This document shows positions 9,390-18,668 of a stretch of 38,723 nt of DNA, in pieces. The notes beneath the pieces are model-generated. The model made no database searches. It was not told the DNA's origin and saw only the letters and a program-made list of their open reading frames with translations. Position 1 is the stretch's first letter, and each line of letters begins with the position of its first letter. The stretch is taken from the sequence record SRR2962707_1591; one strand, given 5' to 3'. Position numbers and translations under genes: made by a program.

Positions 9390-10479
9390 TCACCTGCGAG
9401 GGGCGCGGGGGAAAAGGCGTTCCAGCGTTGACGCAAAGGCAGGCAGGAAGAAGATCGCCGCCACCATGTTTGCAAGAAACATGACGGACAGGAGAATTCC
9501 CATATCCGCCTGACGTTTCAGGCCGGAGAAGGCCCAGGTCGATACGCCGATAGCGAACGTCAGTCCGGTGAAGATCACGGCGACGCCGATCTGCCGCAGC
9601 GCAAGCGGGTAGGCGCGTTCGATGGGGAGCCCCTCGTCGGGGAAACTCTGCAAACGACTATAGATGTAGAAGGCGTAGTCGACGCCGATGTCCGTTGCGA
9701 GGACGAGTACGGGCAGCGTCGATACCTTGAGGCCCGCGGCCGACAATCTCGGCTATGTCGCGGTTGTAGCGCGAGGAGGGCCAGAGCTCGGAGGAGCCTG
9801 CGGTCAGGTCGCCGATATGGCGCTGCTGGGTTTCATAAACGGCCGCAACGAGCAGAACGGCGAAGACGACGAGAGCGCAGGTGGCCGGCACGGGGCGAGC
9901 GATATTGCCTAGGACGTCCATGATCCGCTCGCGCGAATGCCGGAGCCGCGCGAAGGTTTCGGCAAAACCGGGGCGTACCGGCATATACGATGCAACAAGC
10001 GGCAGCATGATGAGGTTCGTGGCGATCTTCAGTGCGACGCCGAGCCCCGCCATCACCGCCAGGTCCTGTATCACTTCGATGGGGATCAGATAAAGCGTGT
10101 CGAAGCCGACAAGGTCGGTCACGAACGCGAGAGAACCCGGCACCAGAAGGCGGCGGAAAGTCGTGCGCGCCGCCTGATCGACGCTGTGGCCTTCGCTCAG
10201 CTCGTTGCCGATCAGGTTGATCTGCTACACGCCATGGCCGACACCGATTGCGTAGACGAGGAAGGGCACCAGAACGGCGAGCGGGTCGAGCCCCCGATCC
10301 ATCAGATGCAGGAGGCCGAATTGCCAGACGAGGGAGACCACCGAGCAGAAGACGGCGAGAAAGGTCAGTTGCGGTGAACGGCAGTAGATGAAGACGGCAA
10401 GTGTGGTGAGAACGAAAGCGAGAATGAAGAAAATGACGACGTCGCTCGCGCCGTCCGCGATGTCGCCGATGAATTTGGT
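9390..10479 (-). pseudogene. Degraded MMPL/RND-family transporter
   Basis: The 5' half is missing. There is an in-frame TAG at 10225-10227 (GHGV*QIN) and an internal deletion with frameshift near 9735 that joins RYNRDIAEIVGR to GLKVSTLP...GVDY. The remnant is about 1.1 kb. Confidence 0.88.
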
Positions 10480-10905
10480 TCCTACGAGCTGAGTTCGCCC
10501 GCGCACAAATACACTGACGTCATCAAGGCGGGTCATCTGAACCAGGACCTTGTGCGCTACGAGAAGCACCGTGTCTGGGCAGTGGAGGGAACGCTGAAGC
10601 CGACGCAACGGCATGTCTACAGCCGCCGCGTCGGGTACTTCGACGAGGACAGTTACAACATGGTTGCGGGCGAGCTTTACGACGCCCGCGGCGGGTTGTG
10701 GCGCGTGCAGGAGGCGCACATCCTTCAATATTACGACGTGCCGACCTGCTTCAACGCTTCGGACGTGGTCTACGATCTCGTGGAGGGGCGCTATGTGGTC
10801 CAGAATCTCAAGAACGGAGAGGCCGGGATTACTTTCAACGCAGACGAACTCAACGACATGATGTTCGTCCCGGAAGAATTGCGCAGGCGCATCAACCGCC
10901 GCTGA
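10480..10905 (+). pseudogene. C-terminal remnant of a DUF1329-family protein
   Basis: Frame reads SYELSSPAHKYTDVIKAGHLNQDLVRYEKHRVWAVEGTLK...RHVYSRR...DEDSY...YDARGGLWR, which is the DUF1329 C-terminus. There is no N-terminus or signal peptide, and it abuts the MMPL remnant. Confidence 0.85.
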
Positions 10906-10920
10906 AACGCCGGAAGGAAA

Positions 10921-11607
10921 CTAGCCCAGCGCGCCCACTAAAGAGGCGCGCTGGGACATTTCGATCCAGTTGCCGTCCGGGTCGCGGACGAAGGAAATGC
11001 GAGCGACCTTGCCGAGCGTCTGCGGCGCGCGGCCCTCGCGGCCGCCGCGGGCAACTATCGCGGCGTGTTCCTCGTCCACATTGCGTATCTGGATTGTTAT
11101 GTAACGGAAGCCCTGCCCTTCGAGCGAGGGGTCAGGCAGGGTGTCTTCAGACTTCTCGAAAAGAATGACGCTGTCGCCGCACACAAAGCTGTCGCCGCCT
11201 TCCTCCGGCACGTCCGGGAGGCCGAGCGAGACCGCATAGAAGCGCCGGTGCGCGTTCACGTCCCGCACGCCGAGGCGAATGCCGATCCGTTCGATGCCAT
11301 GTGCGCCCGGCGGCACCAGCGTCACCTTGTTACCGTCCGGGTCGGTCAGGCGCTTGGGGCCGAGGAGCCCTTCGCGCACGATCAGCAATTCGCGGTAGCC
11401 GGAGGGCGCCGCAATCGGCAACTCGCTTCGTGAATGGTTGATCTTCAGCACAGAGCCCAGAAGATCGTGGCGGTGCTGCTCCAAACCGCCGCCGAGCGGC
11501 AGCACATGATCGAAAGGCAGCCCGATTTCGTTCTGCCAGAAGTCGAGCATCGGTTCGAGGTTCGTCGTGAAGAGGCCGACATCGATGCGCGGTTTTGCGA
11601 GTTCCAT
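10921..11607 (-). CDS. VOC/glyoxalase family protein (two modules)
   Basis: Repeated DPDGN motifs (LTDPDGNKV, VRDPDGNWIE); AGGAGG RBS; 15 nt downstream of the thiolase-like gene. Confidence 0.88.
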   Translation of the reverse strand: MELAKPRIDVGLFTTNLEPMLDFWQNEIGLPFDHVLPLGGGLEQHRHDLLGSVLKINHSRSELPIAAPSGYRELLIVREGLLGPKRLTDPDGNKVTLVPPGAHGIERIGIRLGVRDVNAHRRFYAVSLGLPDVPEEGGDSFVCGDSVILFEKSEDTLPDPSLEGQGFRYITIQIRNVDEEHAAIVARGGREGRAPQTLGKVARISFVRDPDGNWIEMSQRASLVGALG

Positions 11608-11622
11608 GCCGGCCTCCTTGTC

Positions 11623-12765
11623 TCAGGTTGCTTCGTTCGAGAAGACGATGGTGCCGGAGGCGGCGAACATGCCGCCGACGCCATGCGCGATGGAGATTTT
11701 CGCGCCGGGCACCTGCGCGGGTGCGATGCCACGCATCTGCCGCACGCTCTCCTGCAGCGCGTACATGCCGTACATGCCGGAATGCATGTAGGAAAGGCCG
11801 CCGCCATTTGTGTTCAAGGGCAGTTTGCCTCCCGGTCGCGTGTTGCCTTCTCGGATGAAGGCAGCGCCTTCGCCCTTGCCGCAGAAGCCGAGGTCTTCGA
11901 GCCCGTAGATCGGCAGATGCGCAAAGGCATCGTAGATCATCAGGTGGTCGACATCCGAATGTTTGATGCCCGCCTCATCGAAAGCCTTTTTGCCCGAGAC
12001 GCGAAATGCCTTTGAACTCGTGAAGTCTTCCATCTGGGAGATCATCGGCGTTTCGCAGCTTTCGCCGGTGCCGAGGATGTAGACCGGCTTCTGCGGAAAG
12101 TCCTTTGCGCGCTCCGCACTGGTCAGGATCAGCGCACCGCCGCCATCCGTCACCAGGCAGCACATCAGCAGACGGAACGGCCAGGCAATCATCTTGGAGT
12201 TCAGCACATCGTCGACCGTGATGAGATCGCGGAAGCTCGCGCGCGGGTTCTTCGACGCCCATTCGCGCTGCACCACGGCGACATTCGCCACGTCTTCCTC
12301 GCTCACGCCATATTGCTTCATGTAGCGCAGCGCCGGGATCGTGAACATGGTCGGCGGGTTGGTGATACCGTAAGGCACTTCGAACTGGCCGGACTGGCTC
12401 GCTGGATCGCGGCTGAAGCGGCGCGCACCGACGCGCGAGCGGCCGCTTTCCGCATGGGTGATAAGAACGGTGTTGCAGAGCCCTTCATTGATCGCGGCTG
12501 CCGCATGGCGGACATGCAGCATGAAGGAGCAACCGCCGACACTCGTGCCGTCGACCCATGTCGGTGTGATGCCGAGATAGTGCGCGACCTCGACAGGGCT
12601 GTCGCCTGCCGTTGCGACGCCGTCAATATCCTTCGCGGTCAGGCCCGCATCCTTCATCGCGTTGAGCGCCGCATCCGCGTGCAGCATCAGTTGCGAGGTG
12701 TTCGGAATCTTGCCCATCTCCGTCGTTTCGGCGGCGCCGACGACGGCCACTGTTTTCTGCTTCAT
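11623..12765 (-). CDS. Thiolase-like protein (SCP-x/Ltp2-type, DUF35-associated)
   Basis: CCLVTDGGGA, IYDAF and LPLNTNGGGLS motifs; paired with a DUF35 gene. Confidence 0.92.
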   Translation of the reverse strand: MKQKTVAVVGAAETTEMGKIPNTSQLMLHADAALNAMKDAGLTAKDIDGVATAGDSPVEVAHYLGITPTWVDGTSVGGCSFMLHVRHAAAAINEGLCNTVLITHAESGRSRVGARRFSRDPASQSGQFEVPYGITNPPTMFTIPALRYMKQYGVSEEDVANVAVVQREWASKNPRASFRDLITVDDVLNSKMIAWPFRLLMCCLVTDGGGALILTSAERAKDFPQKPVYILGTGESCETPMISQMEDFTSSKAFRVSGKKAFDEAGIKHSDVDHLMIYDAFAHLPIYGLEDLGFCGKGEGAAFIREGNTRPGGKLPLNTNGGGLSYMHSGMYGMYALQESVRQMRGIAPAQVPGAKISIAHGVGGMFAASGTIVFSNEAT

Positions 12766-12769
12766 CGCC

Positions 12770-13183
12770 TTAGCCTTTCGAGGGACGGAATTTCGGGAGG
12801 CTGATCTCGTCGCTGGCCTTCTCGAAAATCACTTCGAGGGGCATGTCGAGTTCAAGCGCTTCCGGCGTTTGCGGACAATCGACAACATTGGTCATCATGC
12901 GCGGACCTTCCGCGAGCGTAACGACTGCGATCGAGTGCGGTTCGGTTCCGAAGTCCGGCCTCGGGCGATGATTGATGATGTAGCTGTAGAGCGTCGCCTT
13001 GCCGCTCGCCTTGTAGATTTCGACTTCGCGTGATCCGCAGGCGGGGCAGAAGGGGCGGGGCGGGAAATAGCTTTCCTTGCAACCCGTGCAGCGCTGCAGC
13101 CTCAGCTCGCCCTCCCGGCACCCTTCCCAGAAATGAATGGTTTCAGGCGTCGGCGAGGGCAGCGGGCGATTGTAGTCCGCCAT
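12770..13183 (-). CDS. DUF35 family Zn-ribbon/OB-fold protein (ChsH2-like)
   Basis: CxxC...PPRPFCxxC zinc ribbon and LAEGPRMMTN OB-fold; GGGAG RBS. Confidence 0.93.
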   Translation of the reverse strand: MADYNRPLPSPTPETIHFWEGCREGELRLQRCTGCKESYFPPRPFCPACGSREVEIYKASGKATLYSYIINHRPRPDFGTEPHSIAVVTLAEGPRMMTNVVDCPQTPEALELDMPLEVIFEKASDEISLPKFRPSKG

Positions 13184-13225
13184 CGAAGTCTCCCTGTTTT
13201 TGTGTTCGAATTCTTGTTGGCGGCG

Positions 13226-13253
13226 AGGATAGCCGGGCGGGAAGAATTGGCAA
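13226..13253 (-). promoter_or_regulatory. Candidate sigma70 promoter of the DUF35-thiolase-VOC operon
   Basis: TTGCCA-N16-TATCCT on the minus strand, about 43 nt upstream of the ATG. Confidence 0.5.
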
Positions 13254-13338
13254 ACTCCCGGAATTCTGCGGTTTTGTGCCGTTGATTCTGGAGAGCCTCA
13301 ACCTTATGTTTCAAAATGAAACATTATCGGGAGCGGCG

Positions 13339-13740
13339 ATGCGCAAGCGCCTTCTTATTCTGGCCGGATTGCTGGCGGCGGGGGTCCTGACCCCGGCGGC
13401 GTCCGCCGGGACGCGCTGGGTCGATCCGTGGGCGCCTTATGACGCGGAGCCTGCCCTTGCCGGCGGGCCCGGCGAGCATCATCGCCCCCATACGCGCCAC
13501 CCAGACGGGAAGGTGTGGATCGATCCCTGGGCGGGCGAGCCCTGCGCCTGCGCGGAGGAAAGCGCCGACATCACCGGCTCGCTCGGTTTTGCGGGGTTCA
13601 ATGGCGGCGTCGGCCACCGGCAGGCAGTCGTCGTCATTTCGAACGGCTTCTATTTCAATCCATCGCTGCCTGCCGGGCAGGCCGCAATGACAGGTGCACG
13701 CGCCGCCCCGGTTCACCCGCTCGGCCGCCCGCGCTTCTGA
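13339..13740 (+). CDS. Hypothetical secreted protein
   Basis: GGGAG RBS, signal peptide MRKRLLILAGLLAAGVLTPAASA, two W-x-D-P-W-A repeats. Confidence 0.65.
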   Translation: MRKRLLILAGLLAAGVLTPAASAGTRWVDPWAPYDAEPALAGGPGEHHRPHTRHPDGKVWIDPWAGEPCACAEESADITGSLGFAGFNGGVGHRQAVVVISNGFYFNPSLPAGQAAMTGARAAPVHPLGRPRF

Positions 13741-13753
13741 TTTTCCGCCTCGT

Positions 13754-14422
13754 TCAAAAGCCGTGAAACGTCGCAAAACTTTCCAGGGGTTCGCGCTCGG
13801 CGACGAGCGTGTTCACGGGCTGCGTTTCGTCGGCATATCCGAGCGACATGCCGCAGACGATGTATTCATCATCCGGAACATCGAGCACGTGGCGCGTCAC
13901 GCTCCAGAAATTGTTCCACGCGCCTTGCGAGCAGGTGTCCAACCCGCGCGCCTTTGCGGCCAGCATGATCGACTGCATGAAAATCCCGATATCGAGAAAG
14001 CTCATCGCATCGAGATCCTTGTCGATGGTGAAGATGAGCCCGACAGGTGCGTCGAAGAACTGGTAGTTGCGGCCCCATTGCCGCCAGTTCGCTTCCTGAT
14101 CGCCCTTGGGAATGCCGATCAGCCCATACATCGCCTTGCCGAGCGTGCGCATGCGGCTGGTGTAGGGCTCCTTGCGCTTTGACGTGCGGGGGAATTCCGC
14201 GCCTGCGTCGGCAGGTTTCGTTTCGCGATGCGCCAGCACCTCCACCTCAAGGCGGCGTCTCGTCTCGCCCGCCACGACATGCACCTTCCAGGGCTGAATG
14301 TTCGTGCCGGAAGGCGAGAGCCGGGCGAGTTCGAGTATTTCCGTCACGAGGTCGAGCGGCACGGGGTCAGGCTTGAAGGCGCGCACGGATTTCCGCGCTT
14401 TCAGCGCTTCGTCGAGGTTCAT
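13754..14422 (-). CDS. Nitroreductase (PnbA/NfnB-like)
   Basis: RKSVRAF, SPSGTNIQPW, FFDAPV and GMSLGY motifs; ATG 14422 with GGAG RBS. Confidence 0.93.
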   Translation of the reverse strand: MNLDEALKARKSVRAFKPDPVPLDLVTEILELARLSPSGTNIQPWKVHVVAGETRRRLEVEVLAHRETKPADAGAEFPRTSKRKEPYTSRMRTLGKAMYGLIGIPKGDQEANWRQWGRNYQFFDAPVGLIFTIDKDLDAMSFLDIGIFMQSIMLAAKARGLDTCSQGAWNNFWSVTRHVLDVPDDEYIVCGMSLGYADETQPVNTLVAEREPLESFATFHGF

Positions 14423-14563
14423 GGGGATGCTCCAGCGAGAGAATGTCGGTGGCGGATTGTTAGCAGGCGCACATATGCCCGCAAGCCCTATCCGCCGTCC
14501 TTGATAATATTGCACTCTCCGTGCCATAAAGATGCCGCTCGGAAAACCCAAGCGAGTCACGTA

Positions 14564-15667
14564 ATGGCGGACGGCACGATCATCGTTCACGGCCTCACGC
14601 TTTCCTACTTCACGGGAAAGCTCGAGGCCTGGCTGCGCGCGAAAGGTATTCCCTACCGGTTCGCCGAAATGGATACGCGTGCTTTCCGCCGTGCCGGCCG
14701 CGCGACCGGTGTTCTGCAAATGCCGCAGGTCGAAATGCCGGACGGCAGCTGGCTCACCGACACGACCGCCATCATGGGAGAGTTCGAGACGCGCTTTCCC
14801 GGTCCGGCACTTTCCCCGCGCGATCCGGCGGCACGCTTCGCGAGCCTCCTTCTTGAGGACTATGGCGACGAGTGGCTCTGGCGGCCCGCTCTTCACTATC
14901 GCTGGTCCTTCGCCGAAGACATGACGCTGATGAGTGCACAGATCGCGCGCACCATGCTGCGCGATCTGAAGCTGCCGTTCTGGCTCCGGCGGCAGATCGT
15001 CCTGCGGCGCCAGCGCCGCGTTTATCTCGCGGGAGATGGGGTCACGAAGGAAACCGTGCCGCAGATCGAGGCCCTCTATCTCGACACGCTTGATGCGATG
15101 GAAGCGGTCCTCGCGAAGCGCTCCTTTCTCATGGGCGAGCGCCCCGTTGAAGCCGACTTTGGCTTTTTCGGCTCCATGTTCCGTCACTTCTCGTCCGATC
15201 CGACGCCAGCCGCGATCATGCGCGCGCGGGCGCCGCATGTACTTCTCTGGGTGGCACGTCTATGGGCCGTGCAGCCCGGCGACATCGAGAAGGCGGCACT
15301 TCCCGCCTCCGTGCCAGACGATCTTGCCCCGCTCTTCACGCGCATTTCTTCCGAGTATCTCCCCTATCTCATCGCGAACGAGTCCGCGCTTGCGCACGGC
15401 GACAAGCATGTCGGCTATTCGCAAAATGATGTTCGATGGCAGGTGCCGGTGAGCCCCTATCGCGCGCGATGTTTCGCGTCGCTCCGGAAGGAGTATGCCG
15501 TGCTCGACAGCGATGCCCGCTTGAGGGTCGATGCGCTGTTCGGCGAGGGCGCGGGGATTCTCTCGGGCAAGGGCATCTATAGTGTTGAAGACAATCCCGC
15601 GCCGCGCCCGGCGTCGCGGCCGGTAGACAGGCACTGGCGCGGTGCCGCTGGAAGGAAAAGAACATGA
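14564..15667 (+). CDS. GST-fold protein (long, atypical family)
   Basis: SYFTGKLEAWLRAKGIPY, QMPQV...DTTAI, DEWLWRPALHYRW and ADFG motifs; ATGA overlap with the sulfatase gene. Confidence 0.85.
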   Translation: MADGTIIVHGLTLSYFTGKLEAWLRAKGIPYRFAEMDTRAFRRAGRATGVLQMPQVEMPDGSWLTDTTAIMGEFETRFPGPALSPRDPAARFASLLLEDYGDEWLWRPALHYRWSFAEDMTLMSAQIARTMLRDLKLPFWLRRQIVLRRQRRVYLAGDGVTKETVPQIEALYLDTLDAMEAVLAKRSFLMGERPVEADFGFFGSMFRHFSSDPTPAAIMRARAPHVLLWVARLWAVQPGDIEKAALPASVPDDLAPLFTRISSEYLPYLIANESALAHGDKHVGYSQNDVRWQVPVSPYRARCFASLRKEYAVLDSDARLRVDALFGEGAGILSGKGIYSVEDNPAPRPASRPVDRHWRGAAGRKRT

Positions 15668-17436
15668 TCATCCGTCGTCTCGCGGGCGCTGTCTCCTTGC
15701 TTACCGCTCTCGTATCATCCGCCATTGCGCAGGAAACGGCGCGGCCCAATATCGTGGTGATCGTGGCGGATGATGTCGGCTTCAGCGATTTCGGTGCCTA
15801 TGGCAGCGAGATTTCGACACCGAATATCGATGCGCTTGCCGCGCGCGGCGCTCAGTTCTCTAATTTCCATGTTGCGCCCGTCTGTGCGCCGACGCGCGCC
15901 ATGCTGATGACCGGTACGGACAGCCACCTTGCGGGTATCGGCAACCTGCCGGAGTCGGCGCCCCATGCGCATCGCGGCCAGCCGGGTTATCTCGGCCGCC
16001 TCGCGGACGATGTCGTCACCGTTGCAAGTCTTCTGCAGCATGCGGGCTACCGCACGGCGATGGCGGGCAAGTGGCATCTCGGCCATGACGCGGCTTCGCT
16101 TCCCCCCGCTCGCGGTTTCGATCGTTCCTTTGCGCTCGATGCGTCGGGTGCGGACAATTGGGAAAAGCGCTCCTATCTGCCGATCTACGACGATGCGCCC
16201 TGGTTCGAGGATGGCGAGCCCGCCGACCTGCCGGAGGATTTCTATTCCTCGAAATTCATCGTCGACAAGACGATCGAATATCTGGACGAGGATGCGTCGA
16301 GCGGCCGTCCATTCTTCGCCTATCTCGCTTTCCAGGCAGTTCACATTCCGGTGCAGGCGCCGCGCGAGTTCGTCGAGAAATACGAAGGCGTTTATGCGGA
16401 AGGCTGGGACGCGCTCCGCGAGGCGCGCTTCGCCAATGTGATCGAGCGAGGCCTCCTTCCCGCCGATATGGAACTCGCGCAGATGCCTGAAGGTTTGCGC
16501 GACTGGAGCGCCCTTTCGCAAGACGAGCGCGCGCTTCTCGCAAAGAGCATGGCCGTCAATGCGGGCATGCTCGAAGCGATGGATTTTCATATCGGCCGCT
16601 TCATCGCTCATCTGAAGGAAACAGGCGCTTACGACAACACGATTTTCCTCGTCATGTCCGACAATGGGCCCGAGCCGAACCTGCCGACGGATACGCCGGG
16701 CTTTTCGCAATGGCTCTGGTGGACCGGCTATAGCCGCGACATCGACACGCTCGGCGAGAAGGGCACTTATGCCTTTATCGGGCCGGAGTTCGCGAGCGCG
16801 GCCGCGTCACCCGGCGCCTTCTTCAAGCTTTATGCGGGCGAGGGCGGCATCCGCGTTCCGTTCATCGTTGCGGGCGCTGGCATTCCGGCGGAAGGTCTTG
16901 TGGCGGATTTCAGTTTCGTCACCGACGTCGCGCCGACCATTCTCGACCTCGCTTCCGTTTCGCCGGTCGAGGAGTTCGGGGGTAAGCCGGTGAAGCCGAT
17001 GATGGGCCGTTCGCTTCGGCCCTTGCTCATGGGCGAAACCGACACGCATTACGCGGATACGGAGCCGGTCGGCATGGAGGCGGCGGGCAACGTCGCGCTC
17101 TTCCGCGGCGACTTCAAGCTCGTCCGCAACATGCCGCCGCTCGGCGATGGCACATGGTCGCTCTACAACATCAACCTCGATCCCGGCGAGACGCGCGACC
17201 TGTCGCCCGAGCGGCCCGGCCTTCTCATGGATATGCGGACGGACTACGAGGATTACGCGGCCTCGGTCGGGGCGCTGGAAGTGCCTGCAGGCTACAGGCA
17301 GATGCAGCAGATTGCCGACGACTGGGTCGAGAATAACCGATGGAAGCTCATCCTCGGCGCGTTCATCATTCTCGCGGTTATCGCCGGGTTCGGCTGGCTC
17401 GTCTTCCTCGGCATTCGCCGTCTCATGGCGCGCTAG
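15664..17436 (+). CDS. Arylsulfatase (formylglycine-dependent, Cys-type) with signal peptide and C-terminal TM anchor
   Basis: PNIVVIVADD, CAPTRAMLMTG (CxPxR), GKWHLG and SDNG motifs; hydrophobic C-terminal helix followed by RRLMAR. Confidence 0.95.
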   Translation: MIIRRLAGAVSLLTALVSSAIAQETARPNIVVIVADDVGFSDFGAYGSEISTPNIDALAARGAQFSNFHVAPVCAPTRAMLMTGTDSHLAGIGNLPESAPHAHRGQPGYLGRLADDVVTVASLLQHAGYRTAMAGKWHLGHDAASLPPARGFDRSFALDASGADNWEKRSYLPIYDDAPWFEDGEPADLPEDFYSSKFIVDKTIEYLDEDASSGRPFFAYLAFQAVHIPVQAPREFVEKYEGVYAEGWDALREARFANVIERGLLPADMELAQMPEGLRDWSALSQDERALLAKSMAVNAGMLEAMDFHIGRFIAHLKETGAYDNTIFLVMSDNGPEPNLPTDTPGFSQWLWWTGYSRDIDTLGEKGTYAFIGPEFASAAASPGAFFKLYAGEGGIRVPFIVAGAGIPAEGLVADFSFVTDVAPTILDLASVSPVEEFGGKPVKPMMGRSLRPLLMGETDTHYADTEPVGMEAAGNVALFRGDFKLVRNMPPLGDGTWSLYNINLDPGETRDLSPERPGLLMDMRTDYEDYAASVGALEVPAGYRQMQQIADDWVENNRWKLILGAFIILAVIAGFGWLVFLGIRRLMAR

Positions 17437-18668
17437 AGCCCCAGCACGGCTTTTGCCATGATGTTGCGCTGAATTTCGTTCGTGCCTGCATAGATCGAGC
17501 CCGCGCGGTCGTTCAGGTATTTCGGCGCAACGGTCCATGAGTAATGGGGCCCGACAGGCGTCTCGTTCGGCGAGACTTGCGGGGCGTCCGGCACAGGGCC
17601 GCCGGGCGCCGTCGCATGTGGCTGGAAGGGCAGCGCGTAGTAGGCAACGGTTTCGAGCGCGATTTCCGTCAGGCGCTGGCTCACTTCCGTGCCGCGTGTC
17701 TTCAGCAACGAGGATTCCGCGCCCGGTGCCTCGCCGTGGCTCAGCGCAGACATGATGCGATGCTCGGTATATTCGAGTGCGGTGATCTCGGCCGCCGCCT
17801 CCGCGAGTTTCAGCGCGAAGCCTTCATCGTTGATCAGCTTTCCGCCGCCGCCTTCCGCTTCTTCGCCCGCCATGCGGCGGATGCGGTCGAGCCGCGTGTG
17901 GAGCCCCGGTGCATAGGCGTGCCCGCCGCGCTCGAACTGCATCAGGTATTTCGCCACCGTCCAGCCATCGCCCACCTTGCCGACGACATTCTTCTTCGGC
18001 ACGCGCACATCGGTGAAGAATATCTGGTTCTGGATATGCTCGCCCGACAGCATGATCAGCGGCTCCACCTTCAACCCCGGCGTGTCCATGTCGATCAGGA
18101 TGAAGGTGATGCCGCGCTGGGGAATATCTTCCTTCGAGGTGCGCACGAGATTGAAGATGCGGTTCGCGTAATTCGCGTGCGTCGTCCAGATTTTCTGGCC
18201 GTTGCAGACGAAGTCCTCGCCGTCTTCCTTCGCGCTCATCTGCAGGCTTGCGAGATCGGAGCCCGAGCCCGGCTCCGAATAGCCCTGGCACCAGAAATCC
18301 TCGCCGTTCAGGATGCGCGGCAGGTAGTAGGCTTTCTGCTCCGGCGTGCCGTAGCCGATCAGCACCGGCCCGCACATGCCGAGGCCCATGGGCGAGAGAG
18401 CAGGTGCGCCGGCCGCCGCAAGCTCGCTCGAAAAGATGTAATGCTGGATTACGCTCCAGTCGCAGCCGCCATGTTCGACCGGCCATGCGGGCGCAATCCA
18501 GCCCTTTTCGTAGAGCGCCTTGTGCCACGCCATGGTGGTGTCGTAGTCGGCATAGACGCTTGTCATGCGCCGCCCCACGGCGCGCAGTTCCGGCGTCAGT
18601 TTTTCGTCGAGAAAGCCGCGTACCTCGTCGCGAAAGGCGGCGTCCGCCGCGCCGAAGGCGAGTTCCAT
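17433..18668 (-). CDS. Acyl-CoA dehydrogenase (PimC/FadE large-subunit type)
   Basis: WCQGYSEPGSGSDLASL, NGQKIWT, FERGG and IYAGTNEIQRNI motifs; GGGAGG RBS. Confidence 0.95.
   Translation of the reverse strand: MELAFGAADAAFRDEVRGFLDEKLTPELRAVGRRMTSVYADYDTTMAWHKALYEKGWIAPAWPVEHGGCDWSVIQHYIFSSELAAAGAPALSPMGLGMCGPVLIGYGTPEQKAYYLPRILNGEDFWCQGYSEPGSGSDLASLQMSAKEDGEDFVCNGQKIWTTHANYANRIFNLVRTSKEDIPQRGITFILIDMDTPGLKVEPLIMLSGEHIQNQIFFTDVRVPKKNVVGKVGDGWTVAKYLMQFERGGHAYAPGLHTRLDRIRRMAGEEAEGGGGKLINDEGFALKLAEAAAEITALEYTEHRIMSALSHGEAPGAESSLLKTRGTEVSQRLTEIALETVAYYALPFQPHATAPGGPVPDAPQVSPNETPVGPHYSWTVAPKYLNDRAGSIYAGTNEIQRNIMAKAVLGL

Noticed and set aside
6318-9513. Long antisense ORFs (6318-7910 and 7882-9513; similarly 25336-27027, 32706-34118, 18762-20300)
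   Set aside because: These are shadow frames of real genes in GC-rich DNA and carry no recognisable motifs.
10225-10227. Recoded TAG (pyrrolysine or readthrough) in the MMPL gene
   Set aside because: The gene also has a 5' truncation and a frameshifting deletion, so pseudogenisation is the simpler explanation.
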